A stretch of DNA of 64,000 nucleotides from Candidatus Latescibacterota bacterium (lineage in GTDB: Bacteria > Latescibacterota > UBA2968 > UBA8231). This document shows positions 22,706 through 32,115 of this stretch, piece by piece. A model generated the notes under the pieces. The model worked only from the letters and a program-made list of their open reading frames with translations. It did not search any database and was not told the DNA's origin. Location: positions 96,001 to 160,000 of the forward strand of contig OZ242318.1 in the NCBI GenBank assembly GCA_965208105.1, written 5' to 3'. The stretch's first letter is position 1. Every line of letters starts with the position of its first letter. A program made the translations under genes and the position numbers.

Positions 22706-23500
22706 TCAGTATCCCGCCAGCAGGCCGCGGAGGTATCTGGCGGCCTTGCGCACCTGCTCGACCCGGTCTTCAGCTTCGCCTTCGTAGACGATGGAAATGC
22801 ACCCGTTGTAGTCGATCTTCTTCAGAATGGGCACGATGCGGTCGTAGTCCAGCCACTCCTCCGTGCCACTTTCAATTCTGTAGAACTTTGCCCGGACGTA
22901 CATCGAGTAGGGGGCGACCTGCTCCATGAAATGGTAAAAATCGACCTCGGACTGTCCTTCAACCTCCCTGTACGAGCCGGGGGACCCTATCCATTGCCCG
23001 GTGTCCATGATGAAGTTGAAGTTTTCCCTGTTTGTCTCCCGCCGGATGCGCAGCATTTCGTCGCCCGTGGAAGGATGGTTCTGGAGTCCAACGGCGATTC
23101 CTTTGGCCGCGGCGCAATCTGCAACCTCCTGATAGCAGGCGATCATGGGAGGCCAGGGATCGTCGCCATCGCCGTTTTTGGCGGGAATAATCCCACAGAA
23201 CACGCGGATGATGGGCGATCCAATAAATGCGGCGATTTCCACCGCGTCTTTGCACAGGTCGACGCAATCCTGCCGCTCCTCCGCGGTCCCGGTAAATCCG
23301 ACGCTGCAGCCGATGTAGCCCACCGGCAGCCCGCGGGAAAGGCACATGTACTTGATATTGCTGAGGTATTGGGGATCCTTCGAGGTGAATCCGCGGTAGT
23401 GAAAGTCGACGCAGTCCAGCCTCAACGACGCCGCGGTCTGAATGAAGTCCTCGATACTTGTATTCTTGAGACTGAGGAGATTGGAGCCGATCTTTATCAT
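22706..23500 (-). CDS. Sugar phosphate isomerase/epimerase (xylose isomerase-like TIM barrel)
   Basis: IRVFCG, LQNH, MDTGQW, Y.G.ISIVYEG. Confidence 0.82.
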   Translation of the reverse strand: MIKIGSNLLSLKNTSIEDFIQTAASLRLDCVDFHYRGFTSKDPQYLSNIKYMCLSRGLPVGYIGCSVGFTGTAEERQDCVDLCKDAVEIAAFIGSPIIRVFCGIIPAKNGDGDDPWPPMIACYQEVADCAAAKGIAVGLQNHPSTGDEMLRIRRETNRENFNFIMDTGQWIGSPGSYREVEGQSEVDFYHFMEQVAPYSMYVRAKFYRIESGTEEWLDYDRIVPILKKIDYNGCISIVYEGEAEDRVEQVRKAARYLRGLLAGY

Positions 23501-23575
23501 TGCTTCCGTTCCTTGGAGTTGTACAGGTGAATGACCCTGAGGTATCCGCAGCCGATGAAGCCGGCCTTGACGAGT

Positions 23576-24535
23576 CTATCGGTCAGATTGTCTTCCCTCC
23601 TCCGCTCTCACCCGGTCCTGCTGGTTCTGGCCGCCGTAGTTGAATCCCCGCACGTTGTCGCTGCAGTGGACCCCGCGAAATAATGACTGCCGCTTTGGCG
23701 CCATTTTCTCTACCAGCTCCCGGGGGGGTTGCCAGTTGCTCCAGCGCGAACCAACGCTGTTGTAGAGATTGAAAATCGCCACCCTGCCGTTCTCCTCGTT
23801 GGTCCAAGGGGAGGTGCTGTGAGCCAGCGCTTCGGTGAAAAACAGAACCGACCCGGCGGGGCATTCGTAGGTGTCCCACACTTCGGAGTGGGGATCCCAG
23901 ATCGCCTCCGGAGCAGTGTAGGCGGCCTTGTGGCTTCCAGTGGCAAGCAGGGTTCCCCCCTGACCCTTCTTTACCGGCGCCAGTTCCCATACCACCCGGG
24001 TCAGGCCGCTGAATGCCTTGCCCGGTATGCACTGGTAGTGGTGGGAGTCCACCGCAAAGCGGAAAAACCCGCTGCCGTTGTGCGGCTTGAAGGTGCCTTC
24101 CCTGCCGGGCGTGGCATCGGGGTCGCGGAGACCGCTGCCCTCCATGCGGAACCCGTAGCAGGAGGGACTGGAAAGGTGGGGGTGGGCTAAAAATTCGTTG
24201 AGGAAGCCTATGACCACCGGGTGGTCGATGAGCTTTTCCAGCGGCCCGGCCACGTAGCAGCGATCGGACTCGGGAAGGGACTCCGGCTGTCGTCGCACCC
24301 GGAGGGCGAAATCGCGCATTACCCCGACTTCGGCCTGGTCCAGGAGACCGGGTACCAGGAGCCAGCCCCGGGTGTCGAAGAGGTACTTCTGCTCCTGGGT
24401 CGGCTCCACCACCGGGTCCCCGTCGGCATTGGTCTCGGGCAGATCGCCGGGCTCCAGGACCAGCTTCCTGCCCAGATTCTTGTCGACCACGAAGGTGTCG
24501 TTATTCGCTGTTACAACTGATGAAGGGGCGTCCAT
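23576..24535 (-). CDS. Phytanoyl-CoA dioxygenase (PhyH)-like Fe(II)/2OG enzyme with an HxG motif
   Basis: YLFDTRGWL.VPG.L, PHNG, GG...GSHK, AGSVLFFTEALAH..W....R. Confidence 0.75.
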   Translation of the reverse strand: MDAPSSVVTANNDTFVVDKNLGRKLVLEPGDLPETNADGDPVVEPTQEQKYLFDTRGWLLVPGLLDQAEVGVMRDFALRVRRQPESLPESDRCYVAGPLEKLIDHPVVIGFLNEFLAHPHLSSPSCYGFRMEGSGLRDPDATPGREGTFKPHNGSGFFRFAVDSHHYQCIPGKAFSGLTRVVWELAPVKKGQGGTLLATGSHKAAYTAPEAIWDPHSEVWDTYECPAGSVLFFTEALAHSTSPWTNEENGRVAIFNLYNSVGSRWSNWQPPRELVEKMAPKRQSLFRGVHCSDNVRGFNYGGQNQQDRVRAEEGRQSDR

Positions 24536-24681
24536 CCTTGCTCCTGTGCCAAGGCGGCTCCAAACGGGATGAGATTGCTGAATCGACCAGGGAGAACAAT
24601 CAGGCCATTCTATGAAATTATCGCAAGGGCATCAAGGGAGGTCCCCGGAGATGGTTCGAGCATGCCGAGTCCGCCTCCCGG

Positions 24682-25416
24682 CTACTTCCCTGGAGGGCCT
24701 GGCGGAAGTTCGATCTCCAGCTCCCTGAGCTGTTTCTCGACCTGCCGCGCCCAGCCTCGATTGGCTGCGGGGTTGGCGGGGCTGGGATGGAGGATACCGC
24801 CTACCTTGAAGCGGTCCTCGAGGAGGGCTCCAGCGCGCAGCTGGGAAAATTTACCGATTCCCAGTACCTGCTCCGGAGCCATGAAGTCCACCAGACGCAT
24901 CAGGGCGCGGTCGCAGACCTCGTAAAGCGGGCCGCGTTCACCGGTGGGCAGCTTGTCCGGGGTGCGGTTGCGGCCGGATTCCTCCAGGAAGGCAAGCGGG
25001 CAGTAGTTCCACACGAAGAACCGCTCGAAGAAGACCTGCGGCGATTTGAAGCGGTCCCGGGCCCATCCCCACAGGCGCCGTCCGCTGACCTCGCTGCGGG
25101 CGCAGTCGAACCCGTCGATGGGACGCTTGGGATGCTCGATTCCGGGCTTTTCGACCCTGGCGGAAATACCCAGCCAGTCGCGGACCATGGACACCTCGCC
25201 GAAGGGCACCCCCGTCTGAACCATGCCCCAGGGACCGGGATTCATCCCCACCAAAAGCACCTGCGCACCTTTGCGGCAATATCGTTCCAGGTATTGGCGG
25301 TGGGCGGCGCCGGCGTAGTGCAGGGGGTTGTAGACGAAGGCGACCGGGGGAGCGAAGCGGAGGCGGCCGCAAGACTGCGCCAGTGTGCGGGCGATGGTCA
25401 GGGGAAGATTGGACAT
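24682..25416 (-). CDS. SMUG1-family (UDG family 3) uracil-DNA glycosylase
   Basis: VYNPL.YA, GMNPGPWGMVQTGVPFG, RSEVSG.R.W, NYCPL, ILHPSPANP. Confidence 0.93.
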   Translation of the reverse strand: MSNLPLTIARTLAQSCGRLRFAPPVAFVYNPLHYAGAAHRQYLERYCRKGAQVLLVGMNPGPWGMVQTGVPFGEVSMVRDWLGISARVEKPGIEHPKRPIDGFDCARSEVSGRRLWGWARDRFKSPQVFFERFFVWNYCPLAFLEESGRNRTPDKLPTGERGPLYEVCDRALMRLVDFMAPEQVLGIGKFSQLRAGALLEDRFKVGGILHPSPANPAANRGWARQVEKQLRELEIELPPGPPGK

Positions 25417-25505
25417 GTGGCTGATTCCCGGTTGTAAAAAAAGCCTGGTATGGTAAATTAGTGCAATGCCCGGAAAAAGGAATGTCGCGATGGAGAGAGG
25501 GTGCA

Positions 25506-25982
25506 ATGGCAGTCAAATACTGGCTCGTGAAATGTGAACCCAGGGAGTGCTCCTTCACCGACCTGAAGAAGCGGCCGGGGAGGAAGGGATACTGGCGCGG
25601 TGTTCGCAACTACCAGGCAAGAAATTTCATCCGGGACCAAATGGCCAGGGGGGATCTCGCCTTCTTCTACCATTCCAGCTGCGAGGAACCCGGAATCGCC
25701 GGGATCGTCGAGATCGTCCGCGCAGGCTATCCGGACCCAAGCCAGTTCGACGAGGAGGACCGCTACTACGATGAGAACTCCCCATCGGACGATCCCCGCT
25801 GGTACTCCTTCGACGTAAAATGGAAGCGGGAGATGATAAACTATCTCCACCTCCAGGACCTCAAGGCCAACCGGAAGCTAACCGCCATGAAGGTCGTGCA
25901 GCGCGGGCAAAGGCTCTCCATTCAGCCGGTGACCGCGGGTGAATGGAAAGCGGTGTGCAGGATGGGCGGCTTGCCGGCCTGA
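25506..25982 (+). CDS. EVE domain protein (THYN1-like)
   Basis: YWLVKCEP, W.GVRNYQARN, GD.AFFYHS, YPDP.QFD, RLSIQPVT..EW. Confidence 0.93.
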   Translation: MAVKYWLVKCEPRECSFTDLKKRPGRKGYWRGVRNYQARNFIRDQMARGDLAFFYHSSCEEPGIAGIVEIVRAGYPDPSQFDEEDRYYDENSPSDDPRWYSFDVKWKREMINYLHLQDLKANRKLTAMKVVQRGQRLSIQPVTAGEWKAVCRMGGLPA

Positions 25983-26232
25983 TCCCCTCCCCGGCAACCC
26001 CGCCGGAAAATACACGCCACAGCGAAATCCCCCGGATGCAAGGGCTCCCCTGGTTTGCCCAGTGAGTTCCCCCACCAGAATCCCCTCTCCCACCCTGGCT
26101 GCCGTCGCCCAGGCGGCGCTCCTGTCAGGCCCCTTCGAGGAGATGAGGCCTCTGCTTCCAGACTGTTTCCGCAAGGTTCGATAGTCATGTCCATTCCGGA
26201 AAGGAAGATTCCCTCATGAGACGGGGTAGACC

Positions 26233-27162
26233 GTGATAGATGGCAGCAGGGTAACCGAACGGCTGGGGAGGCTGGTTGATTCCGGCAGGTTTCAACACGG
26301 GATCCTCGCGGTAATCGTGCTGGCGGCGGTCCTGGTGGGGCTGGAAACCTCGCGGGGCCTGGTGCAGCGCCACGGGAATCTGCTGCACGCCCTTGACCTG
26401 GCGGTCCTGGTGATTTTCTCCGTCGAGGTGGCGCTCAAGATCGGGCGCCACGGCCGTCATTGGTACCGCTATTTCAGCGATGCCTGGAACGTCTTCGACT
26501 TTCTCATCGTGGCCGTCTGCCTTCTCCCCGTGGGAGGCCAGTACGCGGCGGTGCTCAGGCTGGCGAGGATCCTGCGCGCCCTGCGGCTGGTGACGGCGGT
26601 CCCGAAGCTGCAGCTGCTGGTCGGTTCCCTCCTCAAGTCGATCCCTTCCCTGGGTTACGTCGGACTGCTGCTGGGCGTGCTGTTCTACGTCTACGCGGTA
26701 CTGGGCGTTTTCATGTTTCGCGGCAACGATCCGGTCCATTTCCAGGATCTGTCCACCGCCCTGCTGACCCTTTTCCGGGTCGTCACCCTGGAGGACTGGA
26801 CCGACGTGATGTACATCCAGGTGTACGGCAGCGATGCCTACCCCAACTACGCTGAATTCGCCCAGGCCCATCTGCGCGAAGCTTCCAGGAGCATGCCGGT
26901 GCTCGGGGCGCTGTTCTTCGTTTCCTTCGTATTGCTGGGAACGATGATAATGCTGAACCTTTTCATCGGGGTGATCATCAACTCCATGGCCGAGGCGGAG
27001 GCCGAAAAGGAGGCGGAGGAGCGCCGCCGGCACATGGAGCGCGACGGCGAGATCAGCATCGGAGACGAAATCCGCCTGATCGAAACAGAGATGGAGAGGC
27101 TGTCGCGGCGTCTGGGGGAGTTGAGACGGAGGACCCGCGGAGACGGCCGATTGGAAGGCTGA
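26233..27162 (+). CDS. Bacterial voltage-gated cation channel (BacNav family), filter TLEDWTD
   Basis: WNVFDFLIV, S4 LRLARILRALRL, TLF.VVTLEDWTD, LNLFIGVII, C-terminal coiled coil. Confidence 0.93.
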   Translation: MIDGSRVTERLGRLVDSGRFQHGILAVIVLAAVLVGLETSRGLVQRHGNLLHALDLAVLVIFSVEVALKIGRHGRHWYRYFSDAWNVFDFLIVAVCLLPVGGQYAAVLRLARILRALRLVTAVPKLQLLVGSLLKSIPSLGYVGLLLGVLFYVYAVLGVFMFRGNDPVHFQDLSTALLTLFRVVTLEDWTDVMYIQVYGSDAYPNYAEFAQAHLREASRSMPVLGALFFVSFVLLGTMIMLNLFIGVIINSMAEAEAEKEAEERRRHMERDGEISIGDEIRLIETEMERLSRRLGELRRRTRGDGRLEG

Positions 27163-27301
27163 GGGAACCTGCAGATAAACAGGTCCCGCATGCTCTATCG
27201 GCTGCCTGTGGCTGGTCTTGGATTGGCAGGGTCGGGATGGCGGCCAAGCGGCCCGGGCAGGACGATCGCATCCTGCCGGGCAGGGCTCTACAAGGGAGGG
27301 A

Positions 27302-27377
27302 TGGAGCCACCCGCCGGATTCGAACCGGCGACCTGCTCATTACGAGTGAGCTGCTCTACCAACTGAGCTAGGGTGGC
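27302..27377 (-). tRNA. tRNA-Thr(CGT)
   Basis: Minus strand GCCACCCTAGCTCAGTTGGTAGAGCAGCTCACT-CGT-AATGAGCAGGTCGCCGGTTCGAATCCGGCGGGTGGCTCCA; cloverleaf with encoded CCA. Confidence 0.96.
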
Positions 27378-27422
27378 TTAACTTTTTGTGTAACAGCTAG
27401 TTGAATTGAGACGGAAAGGTCA

Positions 27423-27451
27423 AAGATAGACCTGCGGCGGAAGGATGTCAA
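27423..27451 (-). promoter_or_regulatory. Sigma-70 promoter of tRNA-Thr
   Basis: TTGACA-N17-TATCTT. Confidence 0.65.
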
Positions 27452-27485
27452 ATCTGGCGGGGGCCACGGCACCGGGGCTACATGG

Positions 27486-28700
27486 CTACATAAAGCTGAA
27501 GAGTTTGGCGATCTTTTGACCCAGACTTTCGTTTTCCGGGACGAGGGATTGTATATGTCCCTCCTGGGCGTGTTCGTCCAGGGCGAACCGGAGCAGTCCG
27601 ATGGCGGTGGTGAAGCGGGGATTGTGAGCAGAGTTTGAAGCGATGATGTTCTGAGGAGCTCCGATGCGCACGGGCATTCCCAGGATTTCCTCGCCCAATT
27701 GAGCTATATTCCCCAGCAGGGCGCCGCCGCCGGTGAGGATGATCCCCGCGGCCAGCATCTGGCCATAGCGGTTTTGTTCCAGTTCCCCGCGGACGAATTC
27801 AAGGGTTTCCTGTTGCCGGGCCTCGATTATTTCGCTCAATTGTTGCCGCGTGAGCGTATAGACCCGCCCCGCGGTTGTGCGAAACGAGACTGCCTCCTCG
27901 GAGCGCTCGGGCTCGCAGCGGACGCAGCCGTAATCCCGTTTGAGCTGCTCGGCCTCACGCGGAGAGATATTGAGGACCACCGACAGGTCCTTGGTGATAT
28001 CGTCCCCTCCGAAAGGTATCTCCGCAGCATGGCGAAGTGGACCGCAGAAAATTGCCAGATCGGATGTCCCGGCTCCGATATCGAGGATGCCCACGCCCAT
28101 TTCGCGCTCATCGAGGGTGGCGATGGTGGAAGCCGAGGCCACGGTTTCCAGAATAAACCCTGCAATTTCAACACCGGCTTCTTCGGTCGCCCTGAGCAGG
28201 GTCGTGCGCACCTGACTCGAGGCTGTGATGCTCAGGGTTTCAATTTCCAGTTTGTTGCCGTGGAGCCAGAGGGGGTTCTGGACCATCTCCCCGTCGATAG
28301 CATAGCTTTGCACAAAGCGGTGGAGCACGGTTTGGGATCCGGAGGGGGCGCTTTGTTCCGCGGCGGTCAGCGCGCGCTGCACGTCGTCTTCGTCGATGGG
28401 GTTGGAGGTTCCCGAAATGGCTACGGCGCTGCGGCTGGTCCGGGTGGATACGTCTTCTCCCGCTATGCCAACGAAGGCCCCGGTAATTTTCAGGCCGGCC
28501 GAGCGTTCGGCTTTGCCCACCGCGCTCCGGATGGAATCGACAACCTTGGGCATGTCGATCACCGCGCTGCGGCGAAGTCCCGCGCAGGGACTGTTGCCAA
28601 TGCCCAGGACTTTGAGCCTTCCCTCGGCCTGCATCTCGCCCACGAGGCAGAGGACCTTGGAAGCACCAATATCGAGAACTACAACGGGAGAGCCAGCCAT
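27486..28700 (-). CDS. ftsA: Cell division protein FtsA (stand-alone, outside a dcw cluster)
   Basis: LDIGASKV, DIGAGT, GG.DITKDL, AE.LK, IIEAR..E, LTGGGALL, C-terminal amphipathic helix LGQKIAKLFSFM. Confidence 0.9.
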   Translation of the reverse strand: MAGSPVVVLDIGASKVLCLVGEMQAEGRLKVLGIGNSPCAGLRRSAVIDMPKVVDSIRSAVGKAERSAGLKITGAFVGIAGEDVSTRTSRSAVAISGTSNPIDEDDVQRALTAAEQSAPSGSQTVLHRFVQSYAIDGEMVQNPLWLHGNKLEIETLSITASSQVRTTLLRATEEAGVEIAGFILETVASASTIATLDEREMGVGILDIGAGTSDLAIFCGPLRHAAEIPFGGDDITKDLSVVLNISPREAEQLKRDYGCVRCEPERSEEAVSFRTTAGRVYTLTRQQLSEIIEARQQETLEFVRGELEQNRYGQMLAAGIILTGGGALLGNIAQLGEEILGMPVRIGAPQNIIASNSAHNPRFTTAIGLLRFALDEHAQEGHIQSLVPENESLGQKIAKLFSFM

Positions 28701-28943
28701 AGTCGATTCTCCGGATGAGATGCAAGTGGCGAAGGCAAATTGGCCTTCGCCACTTGAGGGGCGATGAACCGCCCTGATTTTGCTGTTAGAAGGATGGATC
28801 GGGGGAGGGGATGAAAGAAATCGTCCGCAGCCTGAATGTGGCGTTGAGGACTACCGGACGAAATGGAAAATCTCTGATTTCCGCTGGTAATTCTGATTCA
28901 AGGTCTCCAGGAGGGCGGGGGAACCATCCTGCAGGCTTTTATT

Positions 28944-28972
28944 AGGATAAGGACGGGATCGCAGAAAGTCAA
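28944..28972 (-). promoter_or_regulatory. Sigma-70 promoter giving ftsA a ~235-nt leader
   Basis: TTGACT-N17-TATCCT. Confidence 0.55.
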
Positions 28973-29172
28973 GGAGGTTTGGAATGGGGAAGCTGGATAT
29001 CGCCGGCATCCGGAAATTCGAGAACATGCAGTCCTTCGGGGTGGACAGAAGAGAGGTTTGCATTCAGCAACGGCGAGGCACCGCCCCCATTTGGATGACC
29101 GCGAACCCGGGCCGCGGCCGTTGACCTTCGTCCGCAGATAAATTTGCCCAACAATTTTCTGGAGCCTTCCAT

Positions 29173-30393
29173 TTGGACCGTGCAGATTTCATCGGGGACC
29201 TGATCGGTTTTCGCGAGTTTCGGAGGTCCACTCGTATAGAAAATTTTTCATCTCCGCCAGTGGAGCTTCCCGTATACGTCAACGAATTCTGGACCTCGAA
29301 GCAGAGGGCCGCGAGCTCTCTTCACGAGATCTCCTACCGAGCCTGCTTCAAACCTCAGTTGCCTCGCTTCTTCATCAGCCGCCTGACCGGGAAGGGCGGC
29401 GTTGTCTACGATCCATTCATGGGTCGGGGGACCACCCTTCTCGAGGCCGCCCTGTTGGGGCGATACGGGGTGGGCTGCGATATAAATCCCCTCAGCAGAG
29501 TCCTTCTCGCTCCCAGACTGTCGCCGCCCGACACGGCTGCAGTCGAGCACCGCCTGCAGGGCCTCGACCTTGATAGACCGGTCGAGGTTCCGGAGGAATT
29601 GCTCGTGTTCTATCACCCGGATACCTTGCATGAGCTCTGTTCCCTGCGCGCATATTTGCTTGAACGGGAATCCGCCGGCCATCTGGACGAAGTGGACGCA
29701 TGGATTCGGATGGTGGCGACGATTCGCCTGACCGGGCATTCATCCGGGTTCTTCTCGGTCTATACCCTCCCACCAAACCAGGCGGTCTCGGCGGATGCGC
29801 AGCGGAAGATCAACGAAAGGCTCTGCCAGATCCCTCCCCGTCGGGATGTAAAATGGATTATTCTCAGGAAGAGCCGCTCGCTGATGCGCAGTGTGTCCCG
29901 GGCCGAGGTTCGCACCCTGCGCGAGGCAGGCCCAGGATCGAAGATTATTATCGGTAGTTCCGACAACACTCCCGAGATCGACAGCTGCTCCGTGGATCTG
30001 GCGGTTACCTCGCCCCCTTTTTTCGATGTGGTGAATTACCGGAAAGACAACTGGCTGAGGTGTTGGTTCAACGGAACGGACTCGAAGCGGATTCCCATTT
30101 GGCAGATCAGGCGGCAGGAGGATTGGAGTGCGGCGATGGCGGCAGTCTTCTCTGAACTTCGCCGGGTGCTCAAGCCCGATGGATACGTCGCTTTTGAGGT
30201 TGGTGAGGTCCGCGGAGGACGCATCATGATGGAAGCCCTCGTGGCCCCGATCGCCGCCGAGGCCGGACTCGCCCCCTGTCTGGTCATGATAAACGACCAG
30301 GTATTCACCAAGACGGCAAACTGCTGGGGCATCGCCAACTCCAGCAAGGGGACCAACACCAACCGGATAATCCTGCTGCAAAAGCGAGGCTGA
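29173..30393 (+). CDS. Orphan amino-DNA methyltransferase (m4C/m6A type, alpha-like motif order)
   Basis: Motif I YDPFMGRGTT near the N-terminus, motif IV VTSPPF, RVLKPDG; start uncertain. Confidence 0.85.
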   Translation: MDRADFIGDLIGFREFRRSTRIENFSSPPVELPVYVNEFWTSKQRAASSLHEISYRACFKPQLPRFFISRLTGKGGVVYDPFMGRGTTLLEAALLGRYGVGCDINPLSRVLLAPRLSPPDTAAVEHRLQGLDLDRPVEVPEELLVFYHPDTLHELCSLRAYLLERESAGHLDEVDAWIRMVATIRLTGHSSGFFSVYTLPPNQAVSADAQRKINERLCQIPPRRDVKWIILRKSRSLMRSVSRAEVRTLREAGPGSKIIIGSSDNTPEIDSCSVDLAVTSPPFFDVVNYRKDNWLRCWFNGTDSKRIPIWQIRRQEDWSAAMAAVFSELRRVLKPDGYVAFEVGEVRGGRIMMEALVAPIAAEAGLAPCLVMINDQVFTKTANCWGIANSSKGTNTNRIILLQKRG

Positions 30394-30543
30394 CCTGCCT
30401 TTGTTGCGGCCAATCCCGAGTGACCTGGGCAGCGAAGGTATCCGCGCCTCAGCCCCTGGGAGGGTGACCTTCGCACCGGTTGTCAGCGAGGGGACAGCCT
30501 TGACTGAGCAAGGGAATAAGCATAAGATAATACCACTGTCGCC

Positions 30544-30709
30544 AAGTGTCCCGTCGCAGAAATAGGTCGCCATTATTCCGCCGATCCATCCCGGCTCACG
30601 GCGTTGCCTTCACTCGCCGTACACCACTGGTACGACTCGCTCAGGCGCCTTGTGAGCCGGGCGCCTCGGCGGCCCAATTTCGTCAACCTATCTCTGCGAC
30701 GGGACATTA
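30544..30709. repeat. Structured 166-bp MITE-like repeat, copy 2
   Basis: AAGTGTCCCGTCGCAGAAATA...TATCTCTGCGACGGGACATTA. Confidence 0.92.
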
Positions 30710-30775
30710 GGACAGAATCTTCACCAATCCTACACATATTCAAATTTTGAGATTATCCCGGGAAGGAGTGCCCAA

Positions 30776-31219
30776 ATGTCGCGTGGGGGAGTCAACAAGG
30801 TCATCCTGATCGGCAATCTGGGATCGGATCCAGAGGTGAAGTACACCACAAACGGGGTACCGGTTGCCAACATCAGCCTGGCGACCTCGGAATCCTGGAC
30901 CGACCGGAACGGAGAGCGTCAGGAGCGCACCGAATGGCACCGACTGGTGCTGTGGCGCAAGGTGGCAGAGATCGCCGGCCAGTACCTCAAGAAGGGCAGC
31001 AAGATCTATGTCGAGGGCAGGCTGCAGACGCGGTCCTGGGACGACCAGAGCGGGCAGAAACGCTATACCACGGAGGTCGACGTCAGAGACATGCAAATGC
31101 TCGATTCGCGGGGAGAGGCTCCGGATGCCGGGGGCAGGATGAGCGGCGATCCCGGTCCCGCCGCTAGCCAGGCGCCGATGCCGGCAGGCTCGGAAGAAGA
31201 CGACGATCTCCCGTTCTAG
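30776..31219 (+). CDS. ssb: Single-stranded DNA-binding protein
   Basis: [28 protein letters not shown], acidic tail DDDLPF. Confidence 0.97.
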   Translation: MSRGGVNKVILIGNLGSDPEVKYTTNGVPVANISLATSESWTDRNGERQERTEWHRLVLWRKVAEIAGQYLKKGSKIYVEGRLQTRSWDDQSGQKRYTTEVDVRDMQMLDSRGEAPDAGGRMSGDPGPAASQAPMPAGSEEDDDLPF

Positions 31220-31248
31220 CCCCGCAGAAGAGCAGGAGCAGGTTTGGC

Positions 31249-32115
31249 TTGGCTGGTAGTTTCTTCCATCTATTGTTGGCGCGGCAGGCCTTCTCCCTCA
31301 TAGATCCCCAATCGCGGCAACGGTCAGCCGAAACCCTCAGGTGGAGGGCATTTCTGGCCGGATCCCTGGCTCCGGACCTGGGGTTCTTTCCCGGCGGACC
31401 GCGCCGTCTCTCCGAGCGCATCCACCACGAGTACACCGGCGATTTCCTGCGGGCCCTCAGGGAAGAGGCGGAAGACGAGATCGATGCCGCCTTTGCCGCC
31501 GGGTGGGCTCTTCACCTGTACACCGATTGTGCCGTCCATCCCTGGGTGAACTCCCGAGTCGAAGCCCTTTTTAGCGAAGGGGACGGGCCTGCCGTCCCCA
31601 ATCGGGACCTCTGGCACATGCGCCTGGAGTGGGGACTGGACTGCCGCCTGCTCGAGCAGGATCAAAACCGCTTTCTCTGGGAAGCTGTCCTGAATTTCCC
31701 GGGCAGCAGCTCCACTCCGGGTCCCTTGACCCGGGCCGCGGAAAAATTTTACGGGGAAAACGCCGCCAGGGATGATATCTCCCGCGGAGAGGAAGCCCTG
31801 AAGAAATGGACGCGGCTGCTTCCGCGGATCTTTCTCTGGTGCGGAAATACCAGACCCAAATTCAAACTGGCCTTTCCCGCCCTGGCTCCCATAGTGAAAC
31901 TGACCACCGGGACGGTCTCGGGAGATTGGCTGGCCACCGTAAATGGTTGGCAGAATGCGGCGGCCGTCGCCAGGCCCTGGCGCCAGAACGATGCAGATTT
32001 GCAGCGGGCGATGAGGTTGGGCGAACAGGCGCTCCAGGCCTTTGAAGACGGCTGGAGCGAGGGCTTCGCATCCCTGCCCAACCTCGACCTGGACACCGCC
32101 GAAGAAACCCGATGA
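31249..32115 (+). CDS. Zinc-dependent phospholipase C-like family protein
   Basis: N-terminal H, GSLAPD, IHH, HLYTD..VHP.V, H..LE..LD. Confidence 0.75.
   Translation: MAGSFFHLLLARQAFSLIDPQSRQRSAETLRWRAFLAGSLAPDLGFFPGGPRRLSERIHHEYTGDFLRALREEAEDEIDAAFAAGWALHLYTDCAVHPWVNSRVEALFSEGDGPAVPNRDLWHMRLEWGLDCRLLEQDQNRFLWEAVLNFPGSSSTPGPLTRAAEKFYGENAARDDISRGEEALKKWTRLLPRIFLWCGNTRPKFKLAFPALAPIVKLTTGTVSGDWLATVNGWQNAAAVARPWRQNDADLQRAMRLGEQALQAFEDGWSEGFASLPNLDLDTAEETR

Noticed and set aside
27302-27377. tRNA-Thr as the attachment site of an integrated element
   Set aside because: No duplicated tRNA 3' end and no integrase seen in the window
29173-32115. MTase plus downstream genes as a restriction-modification or defence island
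   Set aside because: Neighbours are ssb, a Zn-PLC-like protein and enolase; no nuclease or ATPase defence genes
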